A program made the translations under genes and the position numbers. 58,344 nt of DNA, taken from NCBI GenBank assembly GCA_034440415.1, contig JAWXBX010000122.1:1-58344 (forward strand), written 5' to 3'. A model generated the notes under the pieces. That model saw only the letters and a program-made list of their open reading frames with translations, ran no database searches and was not told where the DNA came from. Source of the stretch: Gemmatimonadota bacterium. Its GTDB lineage: Bacteria > Gemmatimonadota > Gemmatimonadetes > Gemmatimonadales > GWC2-71-9. Shown here piece after piece: positions 29,760-40,423 of the stretch. Numbering within the stretch: position 1 is the first letter of the stretch; the number at the start of each line of letters is the position of its first letter.

Positions 29760-31799
29760 ATGCGCGTCTATCTTGCCGACCTCGGCCACAATCAGCTGAC
29801 CTACAGCTCCGACATTTATCCGATCGCGGTCGCGAACTGCGCGGCCTACGCCCAAGCCTACTTCGACCGTCCCGGCGGGATCGAGTTCCGCATCTTCCGT
29901 GAGCCGGAAGACCTGAAGGTCGCCCTCGACGCCGCTCCGCCGGATGTCCTCGGGCTGTCCAGCTTCGCCTGGAATCACAACCTCGCCACCCATTTCGCCC
30001 GCTATGCCAAGCGGCGTCACCCCTCGATGATCACGTTGATGGGTGGACCGCACTATCCGCTCACCCAACCGGAAATGGCGACCTGGCTGCGCGGCATGCC
30101 GGAGATCGACATCGCGGTGCGCGGGCCGACCTACGAAGGCGAGCGGGCGTTCCTGAACATCCTGCGCCGGCTGGCCGACGCGGGACTGGACCTGACGCAG
30201 GTGCAGGCGGAGCCGCTGGCAGGCAACGACTGGGTGAGGAAAACGGACCAGGAGTTTGTCCGCGGTGCGGACGTCGAACGGATCCGGGATCTCGACGAGA
30301 TTCCGTCGCCCTACCTTGGCGGCTGGATGGATCCCTACTACGCCTCGGGTTACTTCCCGATGCTGCAGATCGCGCGCGGCTGCCCGTTTACCTGCCAGTT
30401 CTGCAACTCCTCGGTCAAGTCCAACAGCAAGGTTTTCGCGCACTCCATCGAGAACATCCGCGCCGATCTGCTGCACATCGCGACCCGGGTCAAGCCGGAG
30501 ATGCCGGTGTGCTTCGCGGATGACAATTTCGGCATGTACGAGCGCGACGAGGAAGTGGCAGACTACATCGCCTGGCTGCAGGACACCTACAAGTGGCCGA
30601 AGTACATCCGGACGACCACGGGCAAGAATCAGGCGGAGCGGATCATCCGGGTGATGCGGAAAGTGCGCGGCACGCTCCCCATGACTTCGGCGGTGCAGTC
30701 GCTCAATCCGGTCGTGCTGGAAAACATTCAGCGATCGAACATCAAGCTGGAGACCTACGCGGCCATTCAGAAGGAACTGCATTCCCAGGGGATGCAGAGC
30801 TACGGCGAGCTGATCCTGAGCATGCCGGGCGAGACGAGGGAATCGTTCATGCACGCGGTGCGCGATCTGCTCGAAACCGGCGTCAACCGGATTTCCGCCC
30901 ACCAGCTCATGCTGCTGCACGGCGCCCCGCTGGCGAACCCCGATCAGCGGGAGAAGTTCGGGTTCCGTACCAAGTTCCGCGTGGTCGCCCGGAACATCGG
31001 GGACTATACCGGCGAACCGGTCATCGAGACGGAGGAGATGGTCATCGCCACCCCGCTCTTCACCAACGAGGACTACTACCAGACGCGCATCTTCCACCTC
31101 CTCCTGACGATTTTCTACTACGAGGGGAACTACGAAGAGGCGTTCCAGTTTGCCCGGAACCACGGCATCAAGCCCTACGACCTCGTCGTGCGGCTGCAGG
31201 AGCGGCTGGCGGAGGCGCCGGCAGACTTCCAGAAGGTCTTCGCCGATTTCCGCCACGAAAGTGAAGCCGAGCTGTTCGATACTCCCGAAGCCTGCGTCGC
31301 ATGGGCCACGGCCAACTTCGCCGGGCTGGTCAGCGGTGACCTGGGCGGAAACCTGCTGAGCAAGTACTCCATGCTGGGCCGCTTCTACGTCACGCCCGCG
31401 GCGATCACATTCCTCGAGGCGACCATCCGTGATCTGCTGGGCGCGGAGTGCACCAGCGAAACCGCGGCGGCGCTCCAGAGTGTGGCCGGCTACCTCCACT
31501 CCGTGCTGCTGCATGTGCCGTTCGACCAGGCCCTGGAAGCGATGCCGGTCTGGACCTCGCGCTATGATCTGGAGACCTGGCACGATGATGGTGCGGTGCG
31601 GCCGCTGGAGTCCTACCGGCTGCCGGAGGCGGTCTCCTTCCAGACGACGATGAACCCGGAGAAGAAAGCCGCCATCCTCACCCGGATCCGGACCTTTGGC
31701 GAGCACCCCTCGGGTCTGGGGAAATTCACCCGGACCATGTTCGCAAGAGACCTGCGGCGTGAAATCGCGGCTCAGCCGGCGCGCATGGCCACTGCATGA
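29760..31799 (+). CDS. B12-binding-domain radical SAM protein (class B type)
   Basis: N-terminal Rossmann-like B12 module (VLGLSSFAWNHNL...ITLMGGPHYP). CX3CX2C cluster IARGCPFTCQFCNS. ATG 29760 has a GGGAG SD 6-10 nt upstream. Confidence 0.85.
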   Translation: MRVYLADLGHNQLTYSSDIYPIAVANCAAYAQAYFDRPGGIEFRIFREPEDLKVALDAAPPDVLGLSSFAWNHNLATHFARYAKRRHPSMITLMGGPHYPLTQPEMATWLRGMPEIDIAVRGPTYEGERAFLNILRRLADAGLDLTQVQAEPLAGNDWVRKTDQEFVRGADVERIRDLDEIPSPYLGGWMDPYYASGYFPMLQIARGCPFTCQFCNSSVKSNSKVFAHSIENIRADLLHIATRVKPEMPVCFADDNFGMYERDEEVADYIAWLQDTYKWPKYIRTTTGKNQAERIIRVMRKVRGTLPMTSAVQSLNPVVLENIQRSNIKLETYAAIQKELHSQGMQSYGELILSMPGETRESFMHAVRDLLETGVNRISAHQLMLLHGAPLANPDQREKFGFRTKFRVVARNIGDYTGEPVIETEEMVIATPLFTNEDYYQTRIFHLLLTIFYYEGNYEEAFQFARNHGIKPYDLVVRLQERLAEAPADFQKVFADFRHESEAELFDTPEACVAWATANFAGLVSGDLGGNLLSKYSMLGRFYVTPAAITFLEATIRDLLGAECTSETAAALQSVAGYLHSVLLHVPFDQALEAMPVWTSRYDLETWHDDGAVRPLESYRLPEAVSFQTTMNPEKKAAILTRIRTFGEHPSGLGKFTRTMFARDLRREIAAQPARMATA

Positions 31800-32587
31800 A
31801 CGTTCAGGCTCCATTGCCGCCTGGACCGCCGGTCCTCTCCCTCGTGATGCCCTGCTACAACGAGGAGGCGATTGTCACCCATACCGCGACCAGGCTGATC
31901 GGGGCCTTCCGCAGCGCGGAACTCCGGCTGCAGCTGGTCGCGGTGGACAACGGGTCGAAGGATCGGACGGGGGAGATTCTCCGGGCGCTCGCGGAGCAGT
32001 ATCCCGAGGTCACGCCGCACCGGGTCGACGTCAACCAGGGCTACGGATTCGGGGTGCTGTCCGGACTGCCCGATGCGGTCGCGCCGTGGGTCGGTATCAT
32101 CCCCTGTGATGGCCAGGTGGACCCCGCCGATGTGGTTCAACTGTATGAAGCCGCCGCGGCCAGCGGCACGATGGTGATCGCCAAAGTACGCCGCCGTTTC
32201 CGGCTGGACGGTCTGCGCCGAAAGCTGATCTCGGTTTCCTACAATGTGTTCGTCCGCCTGCTGTGGCCCCGACTCCAGTCGATCGACCTGAACGGCAGCC
32301 CCAAGCTCTTTCCCCGCGACCTCATCCCGCGGCTCCAGCTCACCAGCAAGGGCTGGCTGCTCGATCCCGAACTGATGATCAAGGCCCATTACATGGGCGT
32401 ACCGGTCATGGAATACAACATTTTCGCCCGCATGCGCAGCGCGGGCGTTTCCCACGTGCGGCCGGCGGCGATGCTCGAGTTCTTCGGCGCGCTCCTCGCG
32501 GCCCGCTTCACGGGACGGTGGCGCCCCGCTCCTGCGGCCGCAACGGTGGCTCCGCCGCTGTCGTCGGCGCCCGGCACCATCCGGTAG
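31796..32587 (+). CDS. Family-2 glycosyltransferase (polyprenyl-phosphate sugar synthase/ArnC-DPM1-like)
   Basis: LSLVMPCYNEEAIV...VAVDNGSKDRTGE...IPCDGQ. ATGA overlap. Confidence 0.8.
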   Translation: MNVQAPLPPGPPVLSLVMPCYNEEAIVTHTATRLIGAFRSAELRLQLVAVDNGSKDRTGEILRALAEQYPEVTPHRVDVNQGYGFGVLSGLPDAVAPWVGIIPCDGQVDPADVVQLYEAAAASGTMVIAKVRRRFRLDGLRRKLISVSYNVFVRLLWPRLQSIDLNGSPKLFPRDLIPRLQLTSKGWLLDPELMIKAHYMGVPVMEYNIFARMRSAGVSHVRPAAMLEFFGALLAARFTGRWRPAPAAATVAPPLSSAPGTIR

Positions 32588-32596
32588 TCCGGGATC

Positions 32597-33865
32597 ATGT
32601 CACTTCCCCTGCCCGCCACCGCGGCCGGCCCTCACCATGTGCGCCGCGATTGCCGCGCCTGTGGCGGCGGCCGCCTCACCCAATTCGTGGACCTGGGGCC
32701 GCAACCGCTGGCGAACTCGCTGCCCCGCTCGCCGGCGGAGTTCGCCACGGAGCTGTTCTTCCCGATGGGGGTCTACCTGTGCGAGGACTGCGGCCTGGTC
32801 CAGCTGGTGGACGTGATCGACCCGGAGCTGCTGTTCCGCGACTATGTCTACGTGACCGGCACCTCGGACACGATCGCGGCGCACAACGTCGGCTATGCCC
32901 GCACCGTCGTGCAACTGCTCGCCCTGACCGGGAAGGACCTGGTGGTCGAGGTGGCGAGCAATGACGGGAGCCTGTTGAGCCGCTTCCAGACGCACGGCGT
33001 GCGCACCCTCGGCGTGGAGCCGGCCCGCAACATCGCGGCCATCGCGCGGGCCGCGGGGATCGAGACGATCTCGGAATTCTTCAACGAAGCCGCCGGGCCG
33101 GCCATTCGTGCATCGCATGGCCCGGCGAAGGTCGTGATCGGCAATAACGTCCTGGCGCATGTCGATGAACCGGTCGGATTCCTGCGCGGCGCAGCCGCGC
33201 TGCTTGAAGAAGACGGACTGGTCATCACCGAGGTCCCCTATCTCCGGGAGTTCGTCGACCGCCTGGAATACGACACCGTCTATCATGAGCACCTGTGCTA
33301 TTTCTCCGTCAGCGCGCTGATGCGTCTCGCAGAGCGGGCCGGCCTGTCGATCATCCGGGTGGACCATGTGCCGGTCCACGGCGGCTCGATCCGGATGTAC
33401 GCCGCGAAGCGAGCCCGACATCCCCAGCACGCGCCCGCGGTGCAGGCCCTCGCCGCTGCGGAGCTGGCCGATGGACTGACCACGTTGTCACGATTCCAGC
33501 GGTTCGCGACTGACGTGAGCCGGCAGCGCGAGGCGCTCCGGGCGCTGCTGACCAGGCTGAAAGCCGAGGGCCGGACCGTCGCCGGCTATGGTGCGCCGGC
33601 CAAGGGGAACACGCAACTCAACTATTGCGGCATCACCACCGACCTGATGGCGTGGACCGTGGACAAGAGCCCGCACAAGGTCGGGCGGTACATCCCCGGC
33701 ACCCACCAGCCGATCCTGCCCGCCGCGGAGCTGCTGGCCCGGCAGCCGGACTACACCGTGATCCTCGCGTGGAATTTCGCCGAGGAGATCATGCGCCAGC
33801 AGGCGGAGTATCACGCCCGCGGCGGCAAGTTTATCCTGCCACTCCCCGCACCGGTGATCTGCTGA
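32597..33865 (+). CDS. NDP-hexose C-methyltransferase-type enzyme (Zn-ribbon + class I MT + C-methyltransferase C-domain)
   Basis: CRACGGGRL...LCEDCGLVQL zinc ribbon. VVEVASNDGSLL SAM motif. C-terminal ...VAGYGAPAKGNTQLNYCG... is as in TylC3-type enzymes. Confidence 0.8.
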   Translation: MSLPLPATAAGPHHVRRDCRACGGGRLTQFVDLGPQPLANSLPRSPAEFATELFFPMGVYLCEDCGLVQLVDVIDPELLFRDYVYVTGTSDTIAAHNVGYARTVVQLLALTGKDLVVEVASNDGSLLSRFQTHGVRTLGVEPARNIAAIARAAGIETISEFFNEAAGPAIRASHGPAKVVIGNNVLAHVDEPVGFLRGAAALLEEDGLVITEVPYLREFVDRLEYDTVYHEHLCYFSVSALMRLAERAGLSIIRVDHVPVHGGSIRMYAAKRARHPQHAPAVQALAAAELADGLTTLSRFQRFATDVSRQREALRALLTRLKAEGRTVAGYGAPAKGNTQLNYCGITTDLMAWTVDKSPHKVGRYIPGTHQPILPAAELLARQPDYTVILAWNFAEEIMRQQAEYHARGGKFILPLPAPVIC

Positions 33866-33867
33866 GC

Positions 33868-34638
33868 ATGCGTACCGTCATCCTCGCCGGCGGCAAGGGA
33901 ACCCGCCTCGCCGAAGAAACCGGGCTGCGCCCCAAGCCGATGGTCGAGATCGGGGGGCGCCCGATCCTGTGGCACATCATGAGCCTGTATGCGCAGCATG
34001 GCCACAAGGATTTCCTGGTGGCCTGCGGCTACAAGGGCGACCTGATCAAGGAGTACTTCCACCGCTACCACGCGCAGGACAGCGACTTCTTCGTCGACCT
34101 GCGCACCGGCAAGACCGACGTGATCCGGCCGGCCCAGGTGGACTGGCGCGTCGGCGTGATCGACACCGGCCAGGAGACGATGACCGGCGGCCGCCTGCTG
34201 CGGCTGCGCGAGATGCTCAACGGGGAGCCGTTCATGCTGACCTATGGCGATGGCCTGGGCAGCGTCGATATCAGTGCGCTGCTCGCCTTTCATCGTGCCC
34301 ACGGCAAGCTCGCCACCGTCACCGCCGTGCACCCGCCAGCCCGCTTCGGTGACCTCGGGCTCGATGGCGACCGGGTCCGCCAGTTCACGGAAAAGCCCCA
34401 GACCGGCGAGGGCTGGATCAATGGCGGGTTCTTTGTCTTCGAACCCGGCGTCCTCGACTATATCGCCGGTGAAGACACCAGCCTCGAGCGCGAGCCGCTC
34501 GCCCACCTGGCCAGCGATGGGCAGCTGATGGCCTACCGGCATGAAGGCTTCTGGCAACCGATGGACACGGTCCGCGAGAAACAGATCCTCGAGCAGCTCT
34601 GGGCCGACGGCACCGCACCGTGGAAGGCCACCCCATGA
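33868..34638 (+). CDS. rfbF: Glucose-1-phosphate cytidylyltransferase
   Basis: [38 protein letters not shown]...LTYGDGL...EKP...WINGGFFV...W.PMDT. The track ORF start 33625 is rejected. Confidence 0.9.
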   Translation: MRTVILAGGKGTRLAEETGLRPKPMVEIGGRPILWHIMSLYAQHGHKDFLVACGYKGDLIKEYFHRYHAQDSDFFVDLRTGKTDVIRPAQVDWRVGVIDTGQETMTGGRLLRLREMLNGEPFMLTYGDGLGSVDISALLAFHRAHGKLATVTAVHPPARFGDLGLDGDRVRQFTEKPQTGEGWINGGFFVFEPGVLDYIAGEDTSLEREPLAHLASDGQLMAYRHEGFWQPMDTVREKQILEQLWADGTAPWKATP

Positions 34639-35639
34639 GCTTCTGGCGCAATCGCAACGTCTTCGTCACCGGCGCAAGCGGCCTGCTCGGCTCGTGGACC
34701 GTGCAGGAACTCGTCGCCCGGGGCGCGAACGTCGTCGCGCTGCTGCGTGACTGGGTTCCCGCCAGCCGGCTGGTCAGCCACGGTCTCCTCGACCGGATCA
34801 CGGTGGTCCGCGGCGAACTGGAAGACGCGCCACTGCTGCTCCGGGCGGTCAACGAGCACGAAATCGAGACAGTGCTGCACCTCGGCGCCCAGACGATCGT
34901 AGGCACGGCGTCGCGTTCCCCCGTCTCCACCTTCGAGGCGAACATCAGGGGCACCTGGAACCTGCTCGAGGCCTGCCGGCTCTGCTCCAAGCTGGTGCGC
35001 CGGGTCATCGTCGCCTCCAGCGACAAAGCCTACGGCGAACACCCCGTCCTGCCCTACACCGAAGAGGCGCCGCTCATCGGTCGCTTCCCGTACGACGTCT
35101 CCAAGTCCTGCGCCGACCTCATCACCTTGTCCTACTGGCACACCTACAAGCTGCCAGTCGCCGTGACCCGTTGCGGCAACCTGTTCGGCGGCGGCGATCT
35201 CAACTTCAACCGGCTCGTCCCGGGGACCATTCGCGCCGCGCTGCAGGGCCAGCGGCCGCTGATCCGGAGCGACGGGAGCTTCATCCGCGACTACTTCTAC
35301 GTGCGCGATGCGGCCGGGGCGTATCTCGCTCTCGCCGAGCGGATGGACGACCCCGCCTTCCTTGGGCAGGCGTTCAACTTCGGCACGGAAACGCCGGTGT
35401 CGGTGCTGGAAATGGTGCAGGCGATCCTGACCCGGCTGGGACGGACCGATCTCGCCCCGCTCATCCAGAACGAAGCGAGTCACGAAATTCAGCGGCAGTA
35501 CCTCGACTGCGCCAAGGCACGCCGACTCATGGACTGGCAGCCGGGCTACACGCTGGCGCAGGGCCTGGATGAGGCGATCGGGTGGTATCGCGAGTGGCTG
35601 GCGGCCAGCGAGCGGCAGCGTGGCGGGCTGCCGCAATAA
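34635..35639 (+). CDS. rfbG: CDP-glucose 4,6-dehydratase
   Basis: [30 protein letters not shown] (YxxxK). Collinear with RfbG. ATGA overlap with rfbF. Confidence 0.9.
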   Translation: MSFWRNRNVFVTGASGLLGSWTVQELVARGANVVALLRDWVPASRLVSHGLLDRITVVRGELEDAPLLLRAVNEHEIETVLHLGAQTIVGTASRSPVSTFEANIRGTWNLLEACRLCSKLVRRVIVASSDKAYGEHPVLPYTEEAPLIGRFPYDVSKSCADLITLSYWHTYKLPVAVTRCGNLFGGGDLNFNRLVPGTIRAALQGQRPLIRSDGSFIRDYFYVRDAAGAYLALAERMDDPAFLGQAFNFGTETPVSVLEMVQAILTRLGRTDLAPLIQNEASHEIQRQYLDCAKARRLMDWQPGYTLAQGLDEAIGWYREWLAASERQRGGLPQ

Positions 35640-35650
35640 GCCCGCTTTCC

Positions 35651-37138
35651 ATGGCCGCACCCGCGATCGCCGCTCCGCCCGCTTCGGAAACCACCGCGGC
35701 CCGTCCGCCAGCGTCACGCTGGCTGACGGCGGGCCTGCTGGCGGTGCTCGCGCTCGCGCTCGGACTACGACTGGTCCGGCTCGGCGATGGGCTCTGGTTC
35801 GACGAGATCCAGACGCTGGTCGAGCACGCCCGGCTCCCCGTCGCCCAGATCGTCACGACCTTCACCAGCCAGAACCAGCATCCGCTCTACTCGCTGCTGG
35901 CGCATGGCAGCATGGCCGCGCTCGGCGAATCGGCGGCCACGCTCAGGCTACCCGCAGTGCTGTTCGGCGTGTTAGGCGTCTGGGGACTATACCGACTGGG
36001 CGGGCAGGTGATTCGTCCAGCGGAGGGGCTGCTCCTGGCAGCCCTGCTCGCCGTCGCGGCGCCACATATCTGGTTTTCCCAGAATGCGCGTGGCTATACC
36101 GGGCTGCTGGCGGGAGCGTTGTTCGGCACCGAAGCCTTCCGCCGGCTGCTCAAGGAGCGTGACGCGGGTTGGGGGGTGGTGTTGATGTATGCCGGCAGCG
36201 TTGGCCTGTCCATCTACACACATTCCACCGCCGCGTTCCTGCTCGCGGCACATGGGCTGATCTGGCTGGTCGTGCGCGGCCGACTGCCGCAGGGCGGTCG
36301 CCGGGCCTTCGCCGCCCTGCTCGGTGCCGGAATCCTGGCCGCGCTCTGCTACGGCCCGGTGCTGCCGAGACTGATTCCCACGCTGGCCGGTGACCCCCAT
36401 CCGGCCAACTCCGTGCCGGTGACGATCGCGTGGAAGAGCCCCCTCTGGCTGGTGGGCGAGATGCTGGCCGTGCTGGCCCGGGCGGTGCCCGGGGGCTACC
36501 TCGGGCTGGGACTCGGTGCGGTCGTGGGCCTCACCGGCCTCGTCTGGTTCTGGCGTCACGATCGCGTGACGCTCGCCCTGTTCCTGTTGCCGGCGGTGGT
36601 AACCGTCGCGGTCGTGGTCGGCCTGCATCACAACCTGTGGCCGCGGTTCTTCTTCTTCAGCGCCGGCTTCGCGCTGATCATCGGGGTGCGCGGCGCGGTG
36701 AGCCTGGGTGAACGCGTGGCGAGCGAGCGGGGCCGTACGCTCGCACTGGCTGGCGGTGTACTCGCGGTCCTGGGCGGCCTGGTGCTGGCACCCCGCGCCT
36801 GGGGGCCGAAGCAGGATTATGAGGGCGCCGTGCGCTTTGTTGAAGCGAACGCCGCCCCCGCCGATGCCCGTGCGGTGGTCGATCTCGCCATCCTGCCGGT
36901 GCAGCAGTGGCTGGGCCGGGACTGGCCGGCCGTGGGCACGGTCGGTGCGCTCGATTCCCTGGCAGCGGTGCATCCCCGCACCTGGGTAATGACCACCTTT
37001 CCGATCCGGCTGCAATCGGTCGCGCCGGAGCTGGCCGGATGGCTGCACCAACGATACGACACGATGGCCGTCTTCCACGGCACGGTGAACGGCGGCGACA
37101 TCGCCGTGCTTGCCTCGCGGCCCGGGGCCGGCGAATGA
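35651..37138 (+). CDS. GT-C fold membrane glycosyltransferase (PMT_2/ArnT-like)
   Basis: TM1, then loop motif GDGLWFDEIQTLVEHA. More than 9 TM helices and a soluble C-terminal domain. ATG 35651 is chosen. Confidence 0.8.
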   Translation: MAAPAIAAPPASETTAARPPASRWLTAGLLAVLALALGLRLVRLGDGLWFDEIQTLVEHARLPVAQIVTTFTSQNQHPLYSLLAHGSMAALGESAATLRLPAVLFGVLGVWGLYRLGGQVIRPAEGLLLAALLAVAAPHIWFSQNARGYTGLLAGALFGTEAFRRLLKERDAGWGVVLMYAGSVGLSIYTHSTAAFLLAAHGLIWLVVRGRLPQGGRRAFAALLGAGILAALCYGPVLPRLIPTLAGDPHPANSVPVTIAWKSPLWLVGEMLAVLARAVPGGYLGLGLGAVVGLTGLVWFWRHDRVTLALFLLPAVVTVAVVVGLHHNLWPRFFFFSAGFALIIGVRGAVSLGERVASERGRTLALAGGVLAVLGGLVLAPRAWGPKQDYEGAVRFVEANAAPADARAVVDLAILPVQQWLGRDWPAVGTVGALDSLAAVHPRTWVMTTFPIRLQSVAPELAGWLHQRYDTMAVFHGTVNGGDIAVLASRPGAGE

Positions 37139-37148
37139 GGAGAACAGG

Positions 37149-38042
37149 ATGATCGAAGAAATTCTGGACGACGCCGGACCGACCCTGCCGCAAGCCGTCA
37201 GCGTCGTGATCCCCGCGTACAACGAGGGTGCACATGTCGCGAGTCAGGTGCGTGACGTCGAACGCGTCCTCAAGACGACCGGCTGGACCTACGAAATCAT
37301 CGTGGTGGACGATGGCTCGAAGGATGACACCGCGGTGCAGGCCGATACGACCGGGGCCCGGGTCCTTCGGCGGATCCGCAACCGCGGCTATGGTGCCGGC
37401 CTCAAGCTGGGCATCCGCCACGCGCAGTACGGCTACATCCTGATCACCGATGCCGACGGGACCTACCCCGTCGAGGCGATCCCGGCGATGCTGGCCAGCG
37501 CGGACCGGCACGCGATGGTCGTGGGCGCACGCACCGGCACCACCGTGCATATCCCGCTCATCCGCCGCCCCGCGAAGGCCTTCATCCGCTGGCTCGCCAG
37601 CTATCTCAGCGGCCAGCATATCCCGGACATCAACTCCGGGCTACGGTTGATGCGAAAGGACCTGGTCGAGCGCTACGAACACCTGCTGCCCGACGGCTTC
37701 TCCTTCACCACCACAATCACGCTCGCCTCGATCTGCAACGGCTACGCGGTGCAATACCAGTCGATCGACTATCACGCGCGGCTGGGCGAATCCAAGATCC
37801 GGGCGCGGCACGCCTACGACTTCACCCTGCTCGTGCTGCGGGTAATCGTCTATTTCAACCCGCTCAAGGTCTTCCTTCCCCTCGGCGCGTTCCTGGCCTC
37901 GATCGGCCTCGGCAAGCTGGTCTACGACATCTGGAAGGACAATCTCTCCGAGACGACCCTGCTCGACCTGCTCGGCGCCATGCTGGTCTGGTCCGTCGGC
38001 ATGCTCGCCGATCAGAACGCCCGGACGGCGGTACGGCGATGA
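37149..38042 (+). CDS. Family-2 glycosyltransferase, polyprenyl-phosphate sugar synthase type with C-terminal TM hairpin
   Basis: VSVVIPAYNEGAHV...VVDDGSKDDT...ITDADGTY, then 2 TM helices. SD GAGGAG upstream of ATG 37149. Confidence 0.85.
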   Translation: MIEEILDDAGPTLPQAVSVVIPAYNEGAHVASQVRDVERVLKTTGWTYEIIVVDDGSKDDTAVQADTTGARVLRRIRNRGYGAGLKLGIRHAQYGYILITDADGTYPVEAIPAMLASADRHAMVVGARTGTTVHIPLIRRPAKAFIRWLASYLSGQHIPDINSGLRLMRKDLVERYEHLLPDGFSFTTTITLASICNGYAVQYQSIDYHARLGESKIRARHAYDFTLLVLRVIVYFNPLKVFLPLGAFLASIGLGKLVYDIWKDNLSETTLLDLLGAMLVWSVGMLADQNARTAVRR

Positions 38043-39001
38043 AGCTCTGGCTTCGTGTCACCATCAGCCTTGGACTGCTCGGGCTGCTGGTCATGCTGGT
38101 TCCCTGGGCCGAGGCGCGCGACGCGGTGCGGCGTCTGCCACCCAGCCTCTGGGTCTTCGTCTGGCTCGGCTTTATCGCCGGGCACGCGCTGAGCGTGATC
38201 AAGTGGCGCCTCTTCGTGAATGCGGGGCATGCCCACCTTGGCTTTCGCGATGCGGTGCAGTGTTACTCCGCGGGTCTGTTCGCCAACCTCTGCCTGCCGA
38301 GCATCGTGGGCGGGGACGTGCTGCGGGCGGTACTCGCGACCCGGTTCACCCGGCGACCGGAGGCCGCGTTCCTCGGCGGCGTGCTGGACCGGCTCACGGA
38401 CATGCTCGGGCTGTCACTGCTGGTAGGGATCGGTGGCCTGGTTGCCGGAGGGGCGTTGCCGGGCTGGTGGGGTCAGGCACTGCAGGTCGGACTGCTGGTC
38501 GGCATGGGAATGATCGGGCTGTCGCTGCCGCTCATCCTGCGCCGTCCGCTCGCCCGATGGCCCCGCAAGTTCCGGCGACAGATCGGCCGAGGACTCGTCG
38601 CCGTCCGCCGCCTCGCCCGCAATCCCGGCACGGCGGCACTCGCCCTCAGCCTCTCGCTCGCGATCCAGTCCAGTTTCGTGCTGCTCAATCGCGGACTTGG
38701 CGAGGCGATCGGCATCCAGGTGCCGCTGGCCGTCTGGTTCCTGGTCTGGCCGCTCGCGAAGGTTGCCAGCCTGATGCCGATCAGCCTCGGCGGCCTCGCC
38801 GTTCGCGAGGCGACACTGGCCACTCTGCTTGTGCCATTCGGGGTGCCATTCGCGGTCGGCATCGTCTGTTCGCTGCTCTGGCAGACGGTGCTGATCGCCG
38901 GCGGGCTGGTGGGCGGACTGACCTGGCTGGTGCTGGACCGGACCCGCCCGGTTCAGCCGGTACTCGAGCGGAACTCCGCCACGGTGACCGGCCATGCCTG
39001 A
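38039..39001 (+). CDS. LPG-synthase-TM/UPF0104 family membrane protein (flippase-like)
   Basis: 8 predicted TM helices. ...WRLFVNAGH...GDVLRAV...ISLGGLAVREA... is typical of PF03706-type proteins that accompany GT2 genes. ATGA overlap. Confidence 0.7.
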   Translation: MKLWLRVTISLGLLGLLVMLVPWAEARDAVRRLPPSLWVFVWLGFIAGHALSVIKWRLFVNAGHAHLGFRDAVQCYSAGLFANLCLPSIVGGDVLRAVLATRFTRRPEAAFLGGVLDRLTDMLGLSLLVGIGGLVAGGALPGWWGQALQVGLLVGMGMIGLSLPLILRRPLARWPRKFRRQIGRGLVAVRRLARNPGTAALALSLSLAIQSSFVLLNRGLGEAIGIQVPLAVWFLVWPLAKVASLMPISLGGLAVREATLATLLVPFGVPFAVGIVCSLLWQTVLIAGGLVGGLTWLVLDRTRPVQPVLERNSATVTGHA

Positions 39002-40421
39002 GCCGCGGGTCGTGATCCTGGGCGGCGGCCCGGCCGGTGTCGGCGCCGCCTGGCGGCTGCGCGTCCACGGAAAGGCGCAAGTCACCCTGTTCGAGCAGGG
39101 CGAGCGGCTCGGCGGCAACGCCGGCAGTTTCGAGTTCGGCGACCAGCGGGTGGATTTCGGGAGTCACCGATTGCACCCGGCGACCGAGCCAGCGATCATG
39201 ACCGACATTCAGACGTTGTTAGGCGGCGACCTCCTCGATCGTCCGCGCCATGGCCGGATCGGGCTGATGGGCCGGTGGATTCACTTCCCGCTCAAGCCGC
39301 TCGACCTCGCGCTCCGGCTGCCGCCGAGCTTCGGACTGGGCGCCGCCCGCGATGCGGCAACCAAGCGGTTCCGCGCGCCGCCGGCGGGGGCACCGGAGAA
39401 TTTCGCCTCGGTGCTCCGGGCCAATCTCGGGCCCACGATCTGCGATCACTTCTACTTTCCCTACGCCCGGAAGATCTGGGGCCGGCCGCCGGAAGAGCTC
39501 TCCGCCATCCAGGCGCGGCGCCGGGTCTCCGCCGGCTCGTTCGGCAAGCTGGTGCGCAAGGTGCTGTCCGCCGTACCCGGCCTCAAGCCACCCGGCGCGG
39601 GAAGGTTCTTCTATCCCCGGAAGGGTTTCGGCCAGATCTGTGAGGGATACGCCGAGGCGGCCCGGAAAGCGGGCGCCGAAATCCGGCTCGGATGGCGGGT
39701 CGTGAAGCTCGCGCCTCCCGCCAGCAGCACCGCGCCGTGGCTGGTCACGGCAGAGCGCAACGGCGAGCAGGTGCGAGTCGAGGCAGACCATGTCTGGTCC
39801 ACACTGCCCATCACGCTGCTGGCGACGATGCTGGACGGCCCGGTCCCGGACGCGGTGCGGACGGCCGCCCAGGGGATCACCTACCGGGCCATGATCCTGA
39901 TCTACCTGCAACTCGATGTCGCTCAGTTCACCGAATTCGATGCCCACTACTTTCCCGCGGCCAACCTGCGGATCACCCGGCTCTCCGAGCCGAAGAACTA
40001 TTCGGTGACAGGGCAGCCGGCCGGGACGACGGTGCTGTGCGCCGAGTTGCCGTGCGATCCGACCGATGCGGTCTGGAGCATGTCGGACGTGGAACTCGGC
40101 GCCCTCGTCACCGAAGATCTGAAGAACGCCGGTGTCCCTCTGCCTCGAGCCGCCGTCGCGGTCCTCGCCCGGCGTCTGAAGCAGGCCTACCCGATCTACA
40201 CACCTGGATACGAGCGACCGTTCGCCGAGCTCGACGCCTGGTCCGGGACCCTGCCCCGCCTGCTGACGTACGGGCGCCAGGGACTGTTTGCCCACGATAA
40301 CACCCACCACGCCCTCGCCATGGCCTACCGTGCAGTGGATTGCCTGCACGATGGCCGGTTCGACGCGGTCGCCTGGAAGGGCCATCGCGCCGAGTTCGAA
40401 ACCCACGTGGTCGAGGACTGA
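38994..40421 (+). CDS. FAD-dependent oxidoreductase (amine-oxidase/protoporphyrinogen-oxidase-like fold)
   Basis: N-terminal dinucleotide motif VVILGGGPAGVGAAWRL...LFEQGERLGGN. Confidence 0.75.
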   Translation: MPEPRVVILGGGPAGVGAAWRLRVHGKAQVTLFEQGERLGGNAGSFEFGDQRVDFGSHRLHPATEPAIMTDIQTLLGGDLLDRPRHGRIGLMGRWIHFPLKPLDLALRLPPSFGLGAARDAATKRFRAPPAGAPENFASVLRANLGPTICDHFYFPYARKIWGRPPEELSAIQARRRVSAGSFGKLVRKVLSAVPGLKPPGAGRFFYPRKGFGQICEGYAEAARKAGAEIRLGWRVVKLAPPASSTAPWLVTAERNGEQVRVEADHVWSTLPITLLATMLDGPVPDAVRTAAQGITYRAMILIYLQLDVAQFTEFDAHYFPAANLRITRLSEPKNYSVTGQPAGTTVLCAELPCDPTDAVWSMSDVELGALVTEDLKNAGVPLPRAAVAVLARRLKQAYPIYTPGYERPFAELDAWSGTLPRLLTYGRQGLFAHDNTHHALAMAYRAVDCLHDGRFDAVAWKGHRAEFETHVVED

Positions 40422-40423
40422 GC

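Noticed and set aside
24529-31814. Very long antisense ORFs: 24529-26700 (723 aa), 26451-28442 (663 aa) and 29631-31814 (727 aa). Similar ones elsewhere include 44271-46043 and 48026-50512.
   Set aside because: Each lies opposite a gene with clear family motifs. Their translations are low-complexity (R/G/P/E/D-rich) without recognisable domains. These are GC-driven open frames.
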